A stretch of 64,000 nt of DNA from NCBI GenBank assembly GCA_038227875.1, contig JBBRPR010000009.1, positions 64,001-128,000 on the forward strand. Reading direction: 5' to 3'. Below are positions 37,457-46,617 of the stretch, piece after piece. The DNA comes from Planctomycetota bacterium (GTDB lineage: Bacteria; Planctomycetota; SZUA-567; H5-PLA8). The position numbers and the translations under genes were made by a program. A model generated the notes under the pieces. That model saw only the letters and a program-made list of their open reading frames with translations, was not told where the DNA came from and ran no database searches. The number at the start of each line of letters is the position of its first letter. Within the stretch, counting starts at the first letter, position 1.

Positions 37457-38461
37457 TCATTGATGGTGCTCGCTTCTCCGGTAGTAACTTTCCAGTCGCA
37501 GTTGCAGTTCCGCCGGCAACTGCGTGCGGATCGCGGTAAAGGCCTTCGCGGGATCCTGCGGCAAGCTGGCCGAACTCACGGGTCCCGGGGGATGCGAATC
37601 CTCCTGCGGGTTGGTGGCCTTGCCCGAGTTGGTCGTGGAACTGTCGGATGCTTTGGGATCGGGTTTGGTTGTGTTCGCTGACGCGGGCCGCAACTGGCTG
37701 AGCAACTCCCGGTCGAGCGGCGTGAGCTGGCTGTCGGGAATACCGGCGAGCTTCGCCTGCAGATCCTTGTACGCGTCGGCCTTGCGCGCCTCGGAGAGCA
37801 TGGGGTTGGACGCCAGTAACTGAAGCTTCAGCTGATCGGTCATCGAGAGCATTTCGACGGACGGCATTTCGTCGGCCGCGTTGCTGGCGGCGTCAGCGCC
37901 TCCCGCCTGGCCGGCGTTCTGTGTGCGGTGGCGGTGAGTTTCTTCGGTGTAATGGACCGGTGCTTCCGGCGGCGGCGTCAGCCACGCGCAGCAGAGCAGC
38001 AAAAACGCCAGCAGTACGATGCGACTCCATTCCGGCAAGCGCACCGGCACCAGCATTCGCGGATCGATCGCCGCGGCCTTCTGCAACATGGCTTCGCGCT
38101 GCGCGGTCAGGAATTCACGCTGCGTATCGTTGGTGGCGTGCGCGGGATTGGCGCGGAATTCATACCATGTGACCAGATGCTCCGACGACCCCGCGCGCTG
38201 GTCGAGCAGCAACGCGACCTGATCCATCGGCGGGTTGTCGCGCAAGTACGCACCAAACAGAGCGACCAGTCCGATCAGCGGCGGCAACGCCAATCCCACC
38301 GCCAGGAGTAGATCGTAATTTTTCAGGCGCGACCAGAGCACCACCGCGGCGGCGAGCAGCAATCCCGCGCCGAGCGCCGCCAGCGCCGTGCGCAGCGCGC
38401 GCTGCAGTCGCAAGCGGCGGGCGGTTCGGGCGAGAAGTTGGTCGACGTCAGCTTCGGTCAT
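37457..38461 (-). CDS. Hypothetical membrane protein
   Basis: Three TM segments; ALLLDQRAG..EHLVT; C-terminal LESYY. Confidence 0.7.
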   Translation of the reverse strand: MTEADVDQLLARTARRLRLQRALRTALAALGAGLLLAAAVVLWSRLKNYDLLLAVGLALPPLIGLVALFGAYLRDNPPMDQVALLLDQRAGSSEHLVTWYEFRANPAHATNDTQREFLTAQREAMLQKAAAIDPRMLVPVRLPEWSRIVLLAFLLLCCAWLTPPPEAPVHYTEETHRHRTQNAGQAGGADAASNAADEMPSVEMLSMTDQLKLQLLASNPMLSEARKADAYKDLQAKLAGIPDSQLTPLDRELLSQLRPASANTTKPDPKASDSSTTNSGKATNPQEDSHPPGPVSSASLPQDPAKAFTAIRTQLPAELQLRLESYYRRSEHHQ

Positions 38462-38603
38462 GAAAGCAGAGGGTACCTAAAGAGTCGCCAGACCTAATGG
38501 CAAGGCTCGGGCCAACTGTGCAGACGGATACTTCCCTATGAGCGGCATTGAGTTACGTGGGCGATTGTGCAAACCGTGTACACGCGATGCGCAGCCGATG
38601 ACT

Positions 38604-38635
38604 TTGAACGAATGAGGTAAAAATTAAGGTATAAT
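38604..38635 (+). promoter_or_regulatory. Possible sigma70-type promoter for mraY
   Basis: TATAAT at 38630-38635 in AT-rich context; TTGAAC at 38604 has a non-ideal 20-nt spacing. Confidence 0.3.
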
Positions 38636-38715
38636 TTTCTGCACGTGGCGTCTTCGACGGACGATACCTGTCCAGCAGCTTCCTTTCGGACCGTGCCGGA
38701 CCTGCGGAGAGCCTC

Positions 38716-39813
38716 GTGTTCTACTACTTGAATTTGCTGTCCAAAGATTGGTGGTCGGCGCTGGCAGTCTTCAAGTCAGTGTCCTTCCGTGCGGCGTTTG
38801 CGTCGGTGACGGCGTTCACGATCTGCGTGATTTTTGGACCGCGCTTCATCAATTTTCTCAAGAGCCGCAAAGTCGAAGAGAACGTTCAGAAGAAAGACTC
38901 GGAATTCCTGATCGAAAAACACGCGGTTAAGAAGCACACCCCGACGATGGGCGGCGTGATTCTGCTGGTTGCGACGCTATCGACGATTCTGCTGTGGTGC
39001 CGGCTGGATGTGCTCTTCATTCCACTCTGCTTTTTCACCATGCTCGCGCTGGGATTGGTGGGCTTCTACGACGACTACATCAAACTCACGCACGCCAAGT
39101 CCGACGGCCTGACCAAGCGCGAAAAGTTGCTCTTCCAGTTCATCGTCGGCGGTGGCGTGGGACTCTGCCTGACCTGGTACGGCGATCCGAATCTCGCGAC
39201 GAAGCTCGTCATTCCGTTCACGGACGGCGCATTCTGGCCGGTGCTGGGTCTCGGCTTCATTGCGTGGGCCGGAATTGTGATGACCGGCAGCTCCAACGCC
39301 GTGAATCTGACCGACGGACTCGACGGCTTGGCGACGCTGTGCATCACGACCGTGGCGGTGGCATTCGGATTGATCGCGTACTTCGCCGGTCATGCCGGTA
39401 TCGCCGAACATCTCGGCCTGCCGCACGTTCACGGCGCTGAAGAACTGGCCGTCGCCTGCGCGGCGCTGGCCGGCGCGTGCCTGGGCTTCCTCTGGTTCAA
39501 CGCGCATCCCGCGGAAATCTTCATGGGCGACACCGGTTCGCTCCCGCTCGGCGGCATGGTGGGACTCGTCGCGCTGTGCATCAAGCAGGAACTCCTGCTG
39601 GTGATCATCGGCGGTGTCTTCGTGGCCGAAGCGCTTTCGGTGATGATCCAGATCTTCTCCTTCAAGTACTTCGGCAAGCGCGTCTTCAAGATCGCGCCGC
39701 TGCACCATCATTTCGAGAAAGTTGGCTGGTCGGAAACGAAGATTGTGACGCGCTTTTTCATCGTCTCGGTGCTGCTGGCCGTCTTCAGCGTCGCGGCGCT
39801 CCGCATTCACTAA
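38716..39813 (+). CDS. mraY: Phospho-N-acetylmuramoyl-pentapeptide transferase
   Basis: KKHTPTMGG, GFYDDYIK, SNAVNLTDGLDGLA, FMGDTGS, APLHHHFE. Confidence 0.98.
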   Translation: MFYYLNLLSKDWWSALAVFKSVSFRAAFASVTAFTICVIFGPRFINFLKSRKVEENVQKKDSEFLIEKHAVKKHTPTMGGVILLVATLSTILLWCRLDVLFIPLCFFTMLALGLVGFYDDYIKLTHAKSDGLTKREKLLFQFIVGGGVGLCLTWYGDPNLATKLVIPFTDGAFWPVLGLGFIAWAGIVMTGSSNAVNLTDGLDGLATLCITTVAVAFGLIAYFAGHAGIAEHLGLPHVHGAEELAVACAALAGACLGFLWFNAHPAEIFMGDTGSLPLGGMVGLVALCIKQELLLVIIGGVFVAEALSVMIQIFSFKYFGKRVFKIAPLHHHFEKVGWSETKIVTRFFIVSVLLAVFSVAALRIH

Positions 39814-39831
39814 AGACTCGAGCTTACTTTT

Positions 39832-41073
39832 ATGGATGGTGCACGCCGCACGCTACTCATCGTCACCGGAACGCTTCTGTCGCTGGGCGTGGTGATGGTC
39901 TACAGCGCCAGTTTTGTCTTCGCCGAGAAGAAATTCGGCTCGCCGACGTACTTCCTGCAGCGGCACGCCGTCTACCTGCTCACCGGCTGCATCGCGCTGG
40001 GGGTGACGAGCCTCTGGGACTACCACAAATTGGCGCGGCACTGGAAGTGGCTGATCTGCGCCGCGGCCATAATGCTGATCGCGGTGATGATTCCCGGCAT
40101 CGGCGTGCGCATCAACGGGGCGCGGCGCTGGTTTTCGCTCGCAGGCATCACGTTTCAGCCCTCGGAAGCCGTCAAGCCGCTGGTGATTATGGGCATGGCC
40201 GGCTTTGTTGTTTACGCGCGGGACAAGATCACCACCTTCTATGGCGGATTCCTCCCCGGCGCGCTGATCGCCACGACCATCGTCGTTCTAACCGCCTGCG
40301 AACCGGACTTGGGCTCGGCCGGTCTGCTGACCTGTGTGCTCGGTGCGATGCTCTTCGTCGGTGGCGTGCGGCTGAAATTCGTCGTTCCATCCCTCCTGGT
40401 GGCGCTTCCCGTTGCCGCCGTTATTGCGTACAAGAAACTCGGCTACATCCAAAACCGCCTGCACGATTTCATGGCCCCCGGCGGCAGCGATCCGCTCGGA
40501 CATGGTTACCAGATTACCCAGGCGATGATGGCTCAAGGTTCCGGCGGCGTTTTCGGAGCCGGGTTGGGGCAGGGGCATTCGAAGCTCCTTTTCCTGCCAG
40601 AAGCGCACAACGACTTCATTTTCGCGCTGATCGGTGAGGAACTTGGCCTGATCGGTACGCTTTCGCTGGTGGCGCTCTTTGCGCTGCTCGTGATCCAAGG
40701 CTGGCGCGTCGCGCGACGAGCGCCAGACATGCTCGGCACCCTGATCGCGCTCGGCGTAACGCTCTGCATCGGACTCCAGGCCGCGATCAACATCGCCGTC
40801 GTCACGCACTCGATGCCCACCAAGGGCATCGCCCTCCCGCTGGTCAGCTACGGCGGCTCGTCGTTGATCTTCACCCTTGCCGCCGTCGGCATGCTCCTGA
40901 ACGTCGCCGCGCACCCCGCTTGCGACGCGGTTCCAAAATCTGTCGGCGCCGTGCCACGAAACCGTTCATCTATCTTCAGAAGGCTTGTTGCGCAGCCGAT
41001 ACCTAAACAACAGGGGCCAGTGGTTAGGGGTCAGGGGCCAGAACAGCAAGAAGTCGCTGCGCGACCAGTTTAA
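39832..41073 (+). CDS. ftsW: SEDS family peptidoglycan polymerase FtsW
   Basis: GVVMVYSAS, NGARRW, FQPSE, EPDLG, LPEAHNDFIF.LIGEELG, LPLVSYGGSS. Confidence 0.96.
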   Translation: MDGARRTLLIVTGTLLSLGVVMVYSASFVFAEKKFGSPTYFLQRHAVYLLTGCIALGVTSLWDYHKLARHWKWLICAAAIMLIAVMIPGIGVRINGARRWFSLAGITFQPSEAVKPLVIMGMAGFVVYARDKITTFYGGFLPGALIATTIVVLTACEPDLGSAGLLTCVLGAMLFVGGVRLKFVVPSLLVALPVAAVIAYKKLGYIQNRLHDFMAPGGSDPLGHGYQITQAMMAQGSGGVFGAGLGQGHSKLLFLPEAHNDFIFALIGEELGLIGTLSLVALFALLVIQGWRVARRAPDMLGTLIALGVTLCIGLQAAINIAVVTHSMPTKGIALPLVSYGGSSLIFTLAAVGMLLNVAAHPACDAVPKSVGAVPRNRSSIFRRLVAQPIPKQQGPVVRGQGPEQQEVAARPV

Positions 41074-41201
41074 GCAAATGATATTCACGGGATTCGGGGC
41101 GAGGTGGCGGTGGGTAGGGCGAACAACGGTTTCGCCACAGTGGAGATTCCTCCGCTCTGACCCCTGGCCCCTGACCTCTGACCCCTTTCCGCTACGCGGA
41201 A
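41012..41201. repeat. Empty AGGGGTC heptamer inverted-repeat element
   Basis: Left arm 41012-41042, right arm 41156-41186, then triloop hairpin ttccgc-tac-gcggaa (41187-41201). Confidence 0.85.
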
Positions 41202-41214
41202 CCGGGAGAAATCA

Positions 41215-42369
41215 ATGCGGCTAGTGATTGCGGGCGGTGGAACGGGCGGGCACCTCTTTCCGGGACTCGCGCTGGCGGAAGAGTTGCTTTCGCGCGGCGG
41301 CGATCACCAAGTCCTGTTCATGGGCGCGCGCGGAGGACTGGAAGAGCGCATCGTTCCGCTGCACGGCTACAAGCTGGAACTGCTGCCGTCCACCAAGGGC
41401 GGCTTTTTCAATTTCGGTGGACCGAGAAAGGCCTGGCAGAGCTGCAAGGGTTACTTCCAGGCGCGCCGCGCGATTCTCGCGTTTCAGGCCGACGCGGTGG
41501 TGGGGCTCGGCGGCTACGCGTCGGCTTTGCCGGCCGTCGCGGCGTGGGGCGTCGAAGTGCCGAGCATGATCATGGAACAGAACGTGATCCCCGGCCGCAC
41601 CAACCGCCATGTCGCGCGCTTCGTCAGTGAGATTGGCGTTCAGTTTTCGGAAGCGGCGAAGTACTTCGCCAATTCGCGTCTGGTCAAGCAACTCGGCAAC
41701 CCGCTGCGGAAGAAAGTCGTCCTCGCCGGCAAGGCCGCCACCGAACGGAACACGATGGCCAACGCCACGCTCCGCAACGAACCGACCGTGCTGGTCGTCG
41801 GCGGCTCGCAGGGCGCGCGCGCGTTGAACGAACTGGCTGTGAAGTGCTGGCCGAAACTCAAGCAGACGATTCCGGGCGTGAAGATGCTCCTGCTCTCCGG
41901 TCGCGCCGATGAACAGCGCACGGTCGAAGCCTTCGCCGCCGCTGGCGTGCGCGGACAGGTGATCGGCTTTACCGAATCGATGGAAGATTTGTACGCGCAG
42001 GCCGACGTGGTCCTGGCGCGCGCTGGAGCCACGACGCTGGCGGAGATCGCGGCGTTCGCTCTGCCTTCGGTGCTGGTGCCGTACCCGTTCGCGGCCGACG
42101 ACCATCAGACCGAGAATGCCAAGGCGTTCAGTTCGCGGGGCGCGGGCTGGATGATGATGCAGAAAAACATCGAGGCCGACCGCGTTGCTCAGCGTTTGGC
42201 CGATGCGGTGCTGCAGCCGGAACGCCGCCGCAAGATGGCGATGGCTGCCTCGGCGCTCGCCGCGCCCAACGCCGCGGCGACGGTGATTGACCGGCTGATG
42301 GATCTTTCCCGGCAGAATTCCGCTGCGCCGAGCGCGCAGCCGCAGAACGCGGGCATGGCCGTTGCCTAG
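41215..42369 (+). CDS. murG: Undecaprenyldiphospho-muramoylpentapeptide GlcNAc transferase
   Basis: AGGGTGGHLFP, GLGGYAS, EQNVIPG, GGSQGA, RAGATTLAE, DDHQTENA. Confidence 0.98.
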   Translation: MRLVIAGGGTGGHLFPGLALAEELLSRGGDHQVLFMGARGGLEERIVPLHGYKLELLPSTKGGFFNFGGPRKAWQSCKGYFQARRAILAFQADAVVGLGGYASALPAVAAWGVEVPSMIMEQNVIPGRTNRHVARFVSEIGVQFSEAAKYFANSRLVKQLGNPLRKKVVLAGKAATERNTMANATLRNEPTVLVVGGSQGARALNELAVKCWPKLKQTIPGVKMLLLSGRADEQRTVEAFAAAGVRGQVIGFTESMEDLYAQADVVLARAGATTLAEIAAFALPSVLVPYPFAADDHQTENAKAFSSRGAGWMMMQKNIEADRVAQRLADAVLQPERRRKMAMAASALAAPNAAATVIDRLMDLSRQNSAAPSAQPQNAGMAVA

Positions 42370-42402
42370 TTTTTCCCTCATCGAATCGCGGATTGAAATC
42401 CT

Positions 42403-43896
42403 ATGAGCATACTTGCGGTAAAAACTCCTCCTTCTCTCAAAGCCGTGACCGGTCCGGTGCTCGCGCGCTCGCTGATGGCGTCCGTGCCCGAATACCAGCC
42501 GCGCATGGATGCGGGATTGAACGGGCGACGCATTCACTTCATGGGCGCCGGCGGCATCGGCGTCAGCGCCTTGATGGAACTCTGCGCGGCGCGCGGCGCG
42601 ATCGTGAGCGGCTGCGATTGCTCGAGCGGCGGGCAAGTCGCTACGCTGCGCGCGAAAGGAATCAAAATTGAAACCGGCCACTGCGCCAGCCACATCGCCA
42701 ACTGCGATGAACTGGTCTACACAGCCGCGGTGAACCAGACGCATCCGGAAGTCGCCGAAGCGCTCCGCGCCGGCAAAACGGTGAGCCCTCGCATGCATAT
42801 GCTCGGCCGCATCGCCCGCGGCACGCGCGGCGTCTGCGTCACCGGCGCTCACGGAAAAACCACGACGACGTGGCTGATCGCCAACATGCTGATTACCGCG
42901 CAGCGCGACCCATCGGTGCTCGTCGGCGGCGTCGTTCAGAAACTCGGCGGAAACGTCCGCGTCGGCAAAGGCCGCGAATTCGTCGCGGAAGTCGACGAAT
43001 CCGACAACCGTCTCCACGAAGTCGTGCCGACGATTCCCGTCCTGACTAACATCGACAACGACCATCTCGACAACTACGGCACGGTCGACGCGATCGAAGT
43101 GGCCACCGAACGCTTCGTCGGTTCGCTCGACGCACGCGACCCGCTCTCCGTCCTGATCGGCTGCGGCGACGACGTGCGCGTGCGCCGCGTGCTGAGCAAT
43201 GCCAGCCGCGCCTCGCGCCGGCCGGTGCTCGCCTACGGTTTTGCCACCAGCAACGACGTCTGTGCGATCCACCTGCGCAGCGAAGGTCTCGGCTGGCGCT
43301 TCGATGTGCTCGGACCATTCGGTTACTGGAAGGACGTCGAGCTGCCGATGCCCGGCCAGCACAACGTCCTGAACGCGCTGGCGGCGATCTGCGTGGGCTG
43401 GCACCTGGGCCTGGAGCAGGATGTCATCCGCAAGAGCTTCTCTGAAATCGAACGCGTGGCGCGGCGCTTTGAAATCAAGGGCACCGTCCGCGGCATCCGC
43501 GTGATTGACGACTACGGCCACCATCCGACCGAGATCGCCGCGACGCTCGACGCCGCGCGCGCGTCGACGACGGGACGTTTGGCCGTGATCTTCCAGCCGC
43601 ACCGCTTCTCGCGGACGTCGCAGTTGATGGATCAGTTCGCGGATTGTTTTCATGCAGCTCAAAAAGTGATCCTGATGCCGATCTACGCGGCCAGCGAGAA
43701 ACCGATTCCGGGAGTCGACCACTACGCGCTGGCACGCGCCGTGTTGTCGCACGGACAGATTGACGTGGAAGTCGTAGGCAGCCGCGCGGACGCGATCACC
43801 GCCGCGGTGGCGTGGGCGAAATCCGGCGACACGATCATGACGCAGGGCGCGGGCGATATTACGAGGGCGGGCGATGAACTGGTATCACGGCTTTGA
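42403..43896 (+). CDS. murC: UDP-N-acetylmuramate--L-alanine ligase
   Basis: IHFMGAGGIGVSAL, GAHGKTTTT, EVDESD, NIDNDHLD, DDYGHHPTE, FQPHRFSRT; true start may be a later Met. Confidence 0.97.
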   Translation: MSILAVKTPPSLKAVTGPVLARSLMASVPEYQPRMDAGLNGRRIHFMGAGGIGVSALMELCAARGAIVSGCDCSSGGQVATLRAKGIKIETGHCASHIANCDELVYTAAVNQTHPEVAEALRAGKTVSPRMHMLGRIARGTRGVCVTGAHGKTTTTWLIANMLITAQRDPSVLVGGVVQKLGGNVRVGKGREFVAEVDESDNRLHEVVPTIPVLTNIDNDHLDNYGTVDAIEVATERFVGSLDARDPLSVLIGCGDDVRVRRVLSNASRASRRPVLAYGFATSNDVCAIHLRSEGLGWRFDVLGPFGYWKDVELPMPGQHNVLNALAAICVGWHLGLEQDVIRKSFSEIERVARRFEIKGTVRGIRVIDDYGHHPTEIAATLDAARASTTGRLAVIFQPHRFSRTSQLMDQFADCFHAAQKVILMPIYAASEKPIPGVDHYALARAVLSHGQIDVEVVGSRADAITAAVAWAKSGDTIMTQGAGDITRAGDELVSRL

Positions 43897-44809
43897 GCGC
43901 GTCGTCAGGGAGAACGTCTCCCTGGCGAACTTGACGACCTATCGTGTCGGCGGTCCGGCGGAGTTCTTCGCCGAACCTTCGGATGCGCTGGTGCTCGGCC
44001 AGTTGCTCACCCGCACAGCAACCGACGGCATCAAGACGCGCTTCATGGGCGGCGGCACCAATCTGCTCGTCGCCGATGCCGGCGTCCGCGGCCTGACGGT
44101 GAAGCTGCCGAAGTACGCATTTGGTTATCTCTACCGCAAGAACACGCGCGTCCGCGTTGGCGCGGGACACAGCCTGCCGGCGCTGGTGAAGTGGAGCATC
44201 GCCAATGGACTCAGCGGACTGGAATGTTTGCAGGGCGTGCCTGGCACCGTGGGCGCCGCACTGCGCATGAACGCGGGCGGAAAATACGGCGAGATCTGCA
44301 GCCGCGTGCGCCGTGTCATGGGCTTCGAACGCACCGGAACGGCGTTTGACCTGAGCGCAGATGACTGCGGCTTTACGTACCGCAATTCCAACCTGCACGG
44401 CCGCATCGTGACCGGCTGTGAACTGGACTTGATGGAAGGCGATCCCGTACAGAGTCAGGCACTGGCCGACAAGATCATTCGCGAAAAATGCGCGAGCCAG
44501 CCCTTGAACGCGCGCTCCGCTGGTTGCGTCTTCAAAAACCCGAAGCTTCCCGGCGTCGCCCCGGCCGGAAAGCTGATCGACGACATGGGCCTGAAAGGCA
44601 CACGCGTCGGCGGCGCGCTGGTTTCCGATCTTCACGCCAATTTTCTCCTGTGCGACGGCCGCGCATCGGCCGATGACGTAGTGAAGTTGATTCGTTTAAT
44701 CCGCGAAATGGTCTACCGCGAACGCGGCGTGTACCTCGAGACCGAGATTGAGACGTGGGGCTTTGACGCGCAGGAGCTTGTTCCGTCTGTGTGCGTACGT
44801 GCTGCTTAG
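43874..44809 (+). CDS. murB: UDP-N-acetylenolpyruvoylglucosamine reductase
   Basis: TTYRVGGPA, GGGTNLL, GVPGTVGAALRMNAG, SAGCVFKNP, HANF. Confidence 0.97.
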   Translation: MNWYHGFERVVRENVSLANLTTYRVGGPAEFFAEPSDALVLGQLLTRTATDGIKTRFMGGGTNLLVADAGVRGLTVKLPKYAFGYLYRKNTRVRVGAGHSLPALVKWSIANGLSGLECLQGVPGTVGAALRMNAGGKYGEICSRVRRVMGFERTGTAFDLSADDCGFTYRNSNLHGRIVTGCELDLMEGDPVQSQALADKIIREKCASQPLNARSAGCVFKNPKLPGVAPAGKLIDDMGLKGTRVGGALVSDLHANFLLCDGRASADDVVKLIRLIREMVYRERGVYLETEIETWGFDAQELVPSVCVRAA

Positions 44810-44916
44810 CGCGGCGAGCGCGGCCAAGCCGCGAGGGGTCAGGGGTCAGGGGCCAGGGGTCAGAGTAGACGAGCGTTGCGCGAGAATGCGACAGGCACGG
44901 AGATTGATGGACGGTT

Positions 44917-44957
44917 GAACAGCAGAACAGCAGAACAGCAGAACAGCAGGAACGGCA
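44917..44957 (+). repeat. GAACAGCA octamer tandem repeat
   Basis: (gaacagca)x4 followed by ggaacggca. Confidence 0.85.
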
Positions 44958-44975
44958 GGTTTTGAGGAACGCGGT

Positions 44976-45365
44976 GTGAGTGTGGAGCGGATTCGCGATT
45001 TTCGAGATTTGATCATTTGGAAGAAGGCCATTGAGTTTGCTAAAGAGGTCTACGTGCTGACCGCGACGTTTCCGAAAGACGAACGGTTTGGATTGGTCGC
45101 GCAGTTGAGAAGATCATCAGTCTCTGTTTCATCGAATGTTGCCGAAGGACACGCCCGACAGGGAAAGGAATTCGCGTACTTTCTGTCGATTGCTCGCGGA
45201 TCATTAGCGGAAGCGGAAAGTCAGCTCTTCCTCGCAGTTGAACTCGGATTCTTAAGACCGCAAGACCTGAAAAGTGTTACGGGCCTTTCTGAAGAGATCC
45301 GCCGAATCGCAGCAAAGCTAGCGCGCACTCTAAGCGCTCGCCCAATTCTGACCCCTGGCCCCTGA
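44976..45365 (+). CDS. Four-helix-bundle protein (23S rRNA IVP / TIGR02436-like)
   Basis: FRDLIIWKKA, FPKDERFGLVAQLRRSSVSVSSNVAEG, FLSIARGSLAEAESQL; GAGGA RBS before GTG. Confidence 0.93.
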   Translation: MSVERIRDFRDLIIWKKAIEFAKEVYVLTATFPKDERFGLVAQLRRSSVSVSSNVAEGHARQGKEFAYFLSIARGSLAEAESQLFLAVELGFLRPQDLKSVTGLSEEIRRIAAKLARTLSARPILTPGP

Positions 45366-45411
45366 CCCCTGACCCCTCGCGGCTCTGCCGCGGTGAACGG
45401 AGACGAAACAA

Positions 45412-46359
45412 ATGAGCGATCTACTCAAAGGCCTGGCGATTGGCGTGCTGTATGGCGGTCCTTCTTCCGAGCGCGAAGTTTCGATTGAGTCTGGGGAGAA
45501 TGTTGCGTCGGCTTTGGAGAAGGCGGGGCATGATGTTCATCGCGTGCTCCTCGATGGATCGTTTACGGCGAAGGATGCGCAGTCTCTTGGAATTGATGTC
45601 GCGTTTCTGGCTCTGCATGGTGAATTCGGTGAAGACGGCGTGATCCAGGGGATTCTGGAAGCGGCGGACCTTCCGTACACGGGCAGCGGAGTGGATGCGT
45701 CGTCGACAGCCTTCGACAAGGTGTTGGCCAAGCGCGCGTTTGAGAACCACAACCTCCGCACGCCGGCCTGGATGTCGCTGGACGTTTCCGAATTGGAAAA
45801 GGCCGGTGGCTTCAACGGGCTGTGCCTGATTCCGCCGATGGTCGTGAAACCGGCGACGGGCGGGTCGAGTCTGGGCGTCACCATCGTTCGCGACGAGTCG
45901 CAGGTGACTCCGGCGGTCAACAAGGCTTTCGAATACGCCGACACGATCATCGTGGAACGCTACATCAAGGGCCGCGAAGTAACGGTCGGGGTGCTGGGTG
46001 ATTCGGCACTGCCGGTCGCGGAACTGAAGATTGCTGGCGAGTTTTTCGATTACCAATCGAAGTACACCGACAACGGTACGACGGTGGTCTGCCCCGCGGA
46101 CCTCAACGAGATTCTCGCCGCGTGCGTGCAGTCGCTGGGCCTCGCCGCGCACCGCGCACTGGGTTGCCGCGATTACTCGCGCACCGACATCATCATCGGC
46201 GAAGACGGCCTGCCGTGGGTATTGGAAGTCAACACGCTGCCCGGCATGACATCACATAGTCTCCTTCCGCGCGCCGCGGGTGCGATGGGCAAGAGCTACG
46301 CAGAACTGTGCGAAGAGATGCTGCGCATGGCCGTCACCCGTTCGCTGGCGCGAAAGTAG
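45412..46359 (+). CDS. ddl: D-alanine--D-alanine ligase
   Basis: GGPSSEREVS, LHGEFGEDG, PYTGSG, VKP..GGSS, FFDYQSKY, LEVNTLPGMT. Confidence 0.98.
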   Translation: MSDLLKGLAIGVLYGGPSSEREVSIESGENVASALEKAGHDVHRVLLDGSFTAKDAQSLGIDVAFLALHGEFGEDGVIQGILEAADLPYTGSGVDASSTAFDKVLAKRAFENHNLRTPAWMSLDVSELEKAGGFNGLCLIPPMVVKPATGGSSLGVTIVRDESQVTPAVNKAFEYADTIIVERYIKGREVTVGVLGDSALPVAELKIAGEFFDYQSKYTDNGTTVVCPADLNEILAACVQSLGLAAHRALGCRDYSRTDIIIGEDGLPWVLEVNTLPGMTSHSLLPRAAGAMGKSYAELCEEMLRMAVTRSLARK

Positions 46360-46570
46360 GCAGAAGGCAGCGGCAGTCAGCAGTCCGTGATTGGAATGCG
46401 TTCAGCAAAGAAATTATTCCGCTCGAAGAAATTGAGTTTAACGGGGAGAAGGTCGGACGGCCCTGACTGCAAGCGAGTCAGGGCCGTTTCGTTTCTGCTG
46501 TTTTCTGTTCTGCCGTTTCTGTCCATTCCACCGACGCGCTGAGCGCGCAAACCTTCCGTGCTCACGCCAA

Positions 46571-46611
46571 ACTCTGGCCCCTGACCCCTGACCCCTCGCG
46601 GCTAAGCCGCG
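46571..46611. repeat. Solo arm of the AGGGGTC/triloop element
   Basis: actct ggcccct gacccct gacccct cgcggc-taa-gccgcg. Confidence 0.88.
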
Positions 46612-46617
46612 CTGCGA

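Larger units (their letters stand above)
44819..45392. mobile_element. Inverted-repeat-flanked four-helix-bundle cassette (putative mobile or intervening element)
   Basis: 48-bp inverted repeats 44819-44866 and 45345-45392 (45/48 matches) enclosing one ORF; mobility is inferred, not shown. Confidence 0.6.

Noticed and set aside
44976..45365. Diversity-generating retroelement (Avd-like gene)
   Set aside because: No reverse transcriptase and no template/variable repeat pair seen in the window.
44819..45392. Classical IS element
   Set aside because: The enclosed ORF has no DDE, HUH or recombinase motifs and I see no target-site duplication; kept only as an atypical cassette.
46377..46565. 62-aa minus-strand ORF as a second four-helix-bundle gene
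   Set aside because: Lacks the family motifs; mostly translated repeat sequence.
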